From NCBI RefSeq assembly GCF_001194135.2, contig NC_068984.1:119664049-119728048 (forward strand): 64,000 nucleotides of DNA, written 5' to 3'. The notes under the pieces are model-generated. The model had not been told where the DNA came from. It saw only the letters and a program-made list of their open reading frames with translations, and ran no database searches. Below are positions 61,563-64,000 of this stretch, piece by piece. A program made the position numbers and the translations under genes. Source of the DNA: Octopus bimaculoides (taxonomy: Eukaryota). Each line of letters opens with the position of its first letter. Position 1 is the stretch's first letter.

Positions 61563-61736
61563 TGTTGTGTCTGGGGAGAGTCATTTTCTTATTGTGCCTT
61601 AAAATTTAACACACTCACCGGTAAAACTTCCACTTATTTCTTAAGAAAATAAAAATAAGAAATAAGTGGAAATTTTACGGGTGAGTGTGTTAAATTTTAA
61701 GGCACAATAAAAAAATGACTCTCCCCAGACACAACA
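61563..61736. repeat. Near-perfect palindrome: 81-bp arms, 12-nt loop, 3 mismatches
   Basis: 61563-61643 versus 61656-61736, aligned by hand. Confidence 0.95.
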
Positions 61737-63269
61737 TTTAGAAATCATGTAAAACTATTCTCGAATTTCATTTCGTACATCAATGACTAAAGTTTTCTCG
61801 TAAATGTGATTGGTTACATCTCATAAAATATGTACATTCTATACATTAGTTATGTAACAAACTTTGTTTACATGAAATTATGGGATGTCACTATCATCAC
61901 TTCTGGTTTCTATCGCAATTTACTTTCTTTTAGGACAATTTATTTCCACACTTTCACAATGATAATCTGCATGTTAACCTTTTTATAGGAAGATTTAAAG
62001 AAAACGAACATACAGTATCGTTTCAAGTTAATACACAAGTGTTCTCCAGGGGCATATCAGAGCGGATGTATGTTTCATGATGAAACCTTGAAAACGTGAT
62101 ATATCAGAGGAAATTGACAAAGACAAACTAAGAAAAGTATTTTTAATATTTATTTTTGCTAATCATCTGTTTTTCGTCATGCTTACTAATTTCCGTATCT
62201 GGTCGACTTTAATTTTACCTCGTTTACTGTGTTCGCTGTTTCTTATGAATACAATGTTTAAGAGAAAGAAGAGACGGAAAGGAGTGAGAAAAGAGAAAGA
62301 GAGGAAGGAGAGAGAATGAGAAAGCCAAATGAAATAATGTCTATCAGAGAGAGAGAGAGAGAGTTAATATAATGTCTACTAGAAATAAGACATATTTAAG
62401 AAATAAAGATCCAGTGAAAGAAAAATGAAAAAACCAAAAAGAAAGTTCAATTGAAATGAGGTAGACGAGAAAATATACATAGATAAGAGTATGCTTGGTC
62501 AAACTAAACATTGATTTTTATATTTACCTAAGCTCGGTTTAATCAGTTTTTCTCTGGATATAGTCACATATTAGTTGTGTATTATTTTAAGGTGTAAAAA
62601 AAAAAGGAAAAGTATAAATGCGAAATAAGTATATGTGAAAAACTGGGACAACAAATTGGGAAAGAAAAGAAGGAAATAATTAAGTTTCAAACACACTGAA
62701 TGAGTGTAAGCGATAGAAAGTAAGTATGTCTAAATTAAAACAGCACTGGTAAATTAAATTTGAAGACATGTTTCTATTGATTGAACTTTATCCCCAACAT
62801 GGTTGTGTGGTTGAGAAGTTTGCTTTCCAGTCACGCGGTTCCAGTTTCAATTCCATTGCGTAGTACCTTGGGCAAGTGTCTCGAAAGATATTTGTTTGAA
62901 ATAAAAATTAAGAAGTTTGTTTCTCAACTACATGGTTTCGGGTTCAGTTACCTGTAGTCAGAAAAGTTCTGTCAACTCAAGTTTGGGTCAACATCAGGTT
63001 TGGGTTAACCTAAGGATTAAATAAAGAACAATTGTCCAAGATGCAACAGTGACGGAACGGTGTATAACAAGGGTACTGTGTTCTCCCTCTTTTCAGCTAA
63101 GGAAGGTGGGGGTCTCATAGCTATCTAATTCTCTCTCTCCATACTATCCCCAGCCTCATGACCTTAGCGTATTCCTTCATAGTTATTAAAATCCATTTCC
63201 ATCAGTGACTATGGTATCGAACACAGGATCTCATGATTGTAACCATATGATCATGTACGTACATGTGTG

Positions 63270-63412
63270 CAGTGACGTAGCTAATAGAGGAGTGACCGCT
63301 CCCCACGGGCACATTTTTCAAAATTGGCGCATTTTATAAAATGTATAATCAATGAATTAAAAATTGTTTTCTATGTGCTCGCTCCCTACTTTCGAACTCG
63401 GCTACGTCCCTG
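63270..63412. mobile_element. 143-bp hAT-type MITE
   Basis: TIRs cagtgacgtagc / gctacgtccctg; 8-bp TSD catgtgtg / catgggtg. Confidence 0.85.
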
Positions 63413-63415
63413 CAT

Positions 63416-63495
<80 letters not shown>

Positions 63496-63500
63496 GTGTA

Positions 63501-64000
63501 CACAGACATGCAGAAGTAAATAGACACTTTTAATTTCTGATCTAAGCGTCTTAATATGCTTTCAGCGGTGTAGAATTCACAATGTAATTATTCTTTTTCA
63601 TTCCAGGTACCATTGTATTAACCATTTGCGAAGAGTAACCATGCCACGTACAAAAAATACAGCAGAACTGTCAAATTTTCAAAGAGGTCGTATTGTTGGG
63701 CAATCTGAGGCTGGTCTTAGTCAGCGAAAAATTGCCGAAAATCTTCAAATTCCTCTTGCTACTGTTAATAGAATTATAGTGCAATTCAAAAGCCAAGGAA
63801 AAGAATTAACAGATTCTCGTCCCGGCCGACCTGGGACCTCGGAAAGGAAGCTTCGCTGTTTGAAGAGAATTGTGGAAAACGAACCCCGTTCGAAGGCTTC
63901 TGACATTGCAAAACTGCTAGAAGTTAGTACAAGAAAGTGTGTTACATATCTGCATAAGCTTGGGTATTATGGACGAGTAGCTAGGAGAAAACCTCTTCTT
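63501..64000 (+). mobile_element. Tc1-family transposon, 5' end
   Basis: TA + cacagacatgcagaagtaaatagacactt (Tc1/Sleeping Beauty-like terminus) followed by a transposase ORF. Confidence 0.85.
63641..64000 (+). CDS. Tc1 transposase N-terminus, 120 codons, open to the window end
   Basis: [20 protein letters not shown]...[20 protein letters not shown]...SRPGRP...[17 protein letters not shown]: paired-like HTH, GRP motif, RRKPLL. Confidence 0.9.
   Translation, partial: MPRTKNTAELSNFQRGRIVGQSEAGLSQRKIAENLQIPLATVNRIIVQFKSQGKELTDSRPGRPGTSERKLRCLKRIVENEPRSKASDIAKLLEVSTRKCVTYLHKLGYYGRVARRKPLL

Noticed and set aside
30319-63533. Low-complexity ORFs (poly-Y/I/L, CV and TH repeats)
   Set aside because: Translations of (ATT)n, (GT)n and (CA)n microsatellites.

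Overview
AT-rich, repeat-dense eukaryotic DNA with seven N gaps. The SINE/RTE-LINE repertoire suggests an octopod cephalopod (inference). The main gene is the 3' part of a + strand heat shock factor (HSF1-like). I reconstruct ten coding exons from 699 to a stop at 38419, covering HR-A/B, the regulatory region, HR-C and the activation domain; the DNA-binding-domain exons lie upstream of the window. Three of these exons (30, 39 and 19 nt) are absent from the ORF track, and the 19-nt exon is needed to keep frame. A candidate last exon of an unidentified convergent gene lies at about 50.1-50.2 kb (- strand). The rest is transposon-derived: RTE LINE fragments (two with a C4HC3 PHD-type finger after the RT), CRE-like and CR1-like remnants, several tRNA-derived SINE families (some stacked in (ATT)n tracts), piggyBac, hAT and mariner MITEs, and the uninterrupted 5' end of a Tc1 transposase at the window edge. 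The most unusual structures are an inverted LINE-tail pair around a skippable HSF exon, a tRNA-like Pol III unit inside a foldback element, a foldback element with opposed telomere-like arrays and a CCAAT/CRE module, and an 81-bp-arm hairpin. No prokaryotic-type system or CRISPR array is present. All analysis was done by eye, and repeat boundaries are approximate.
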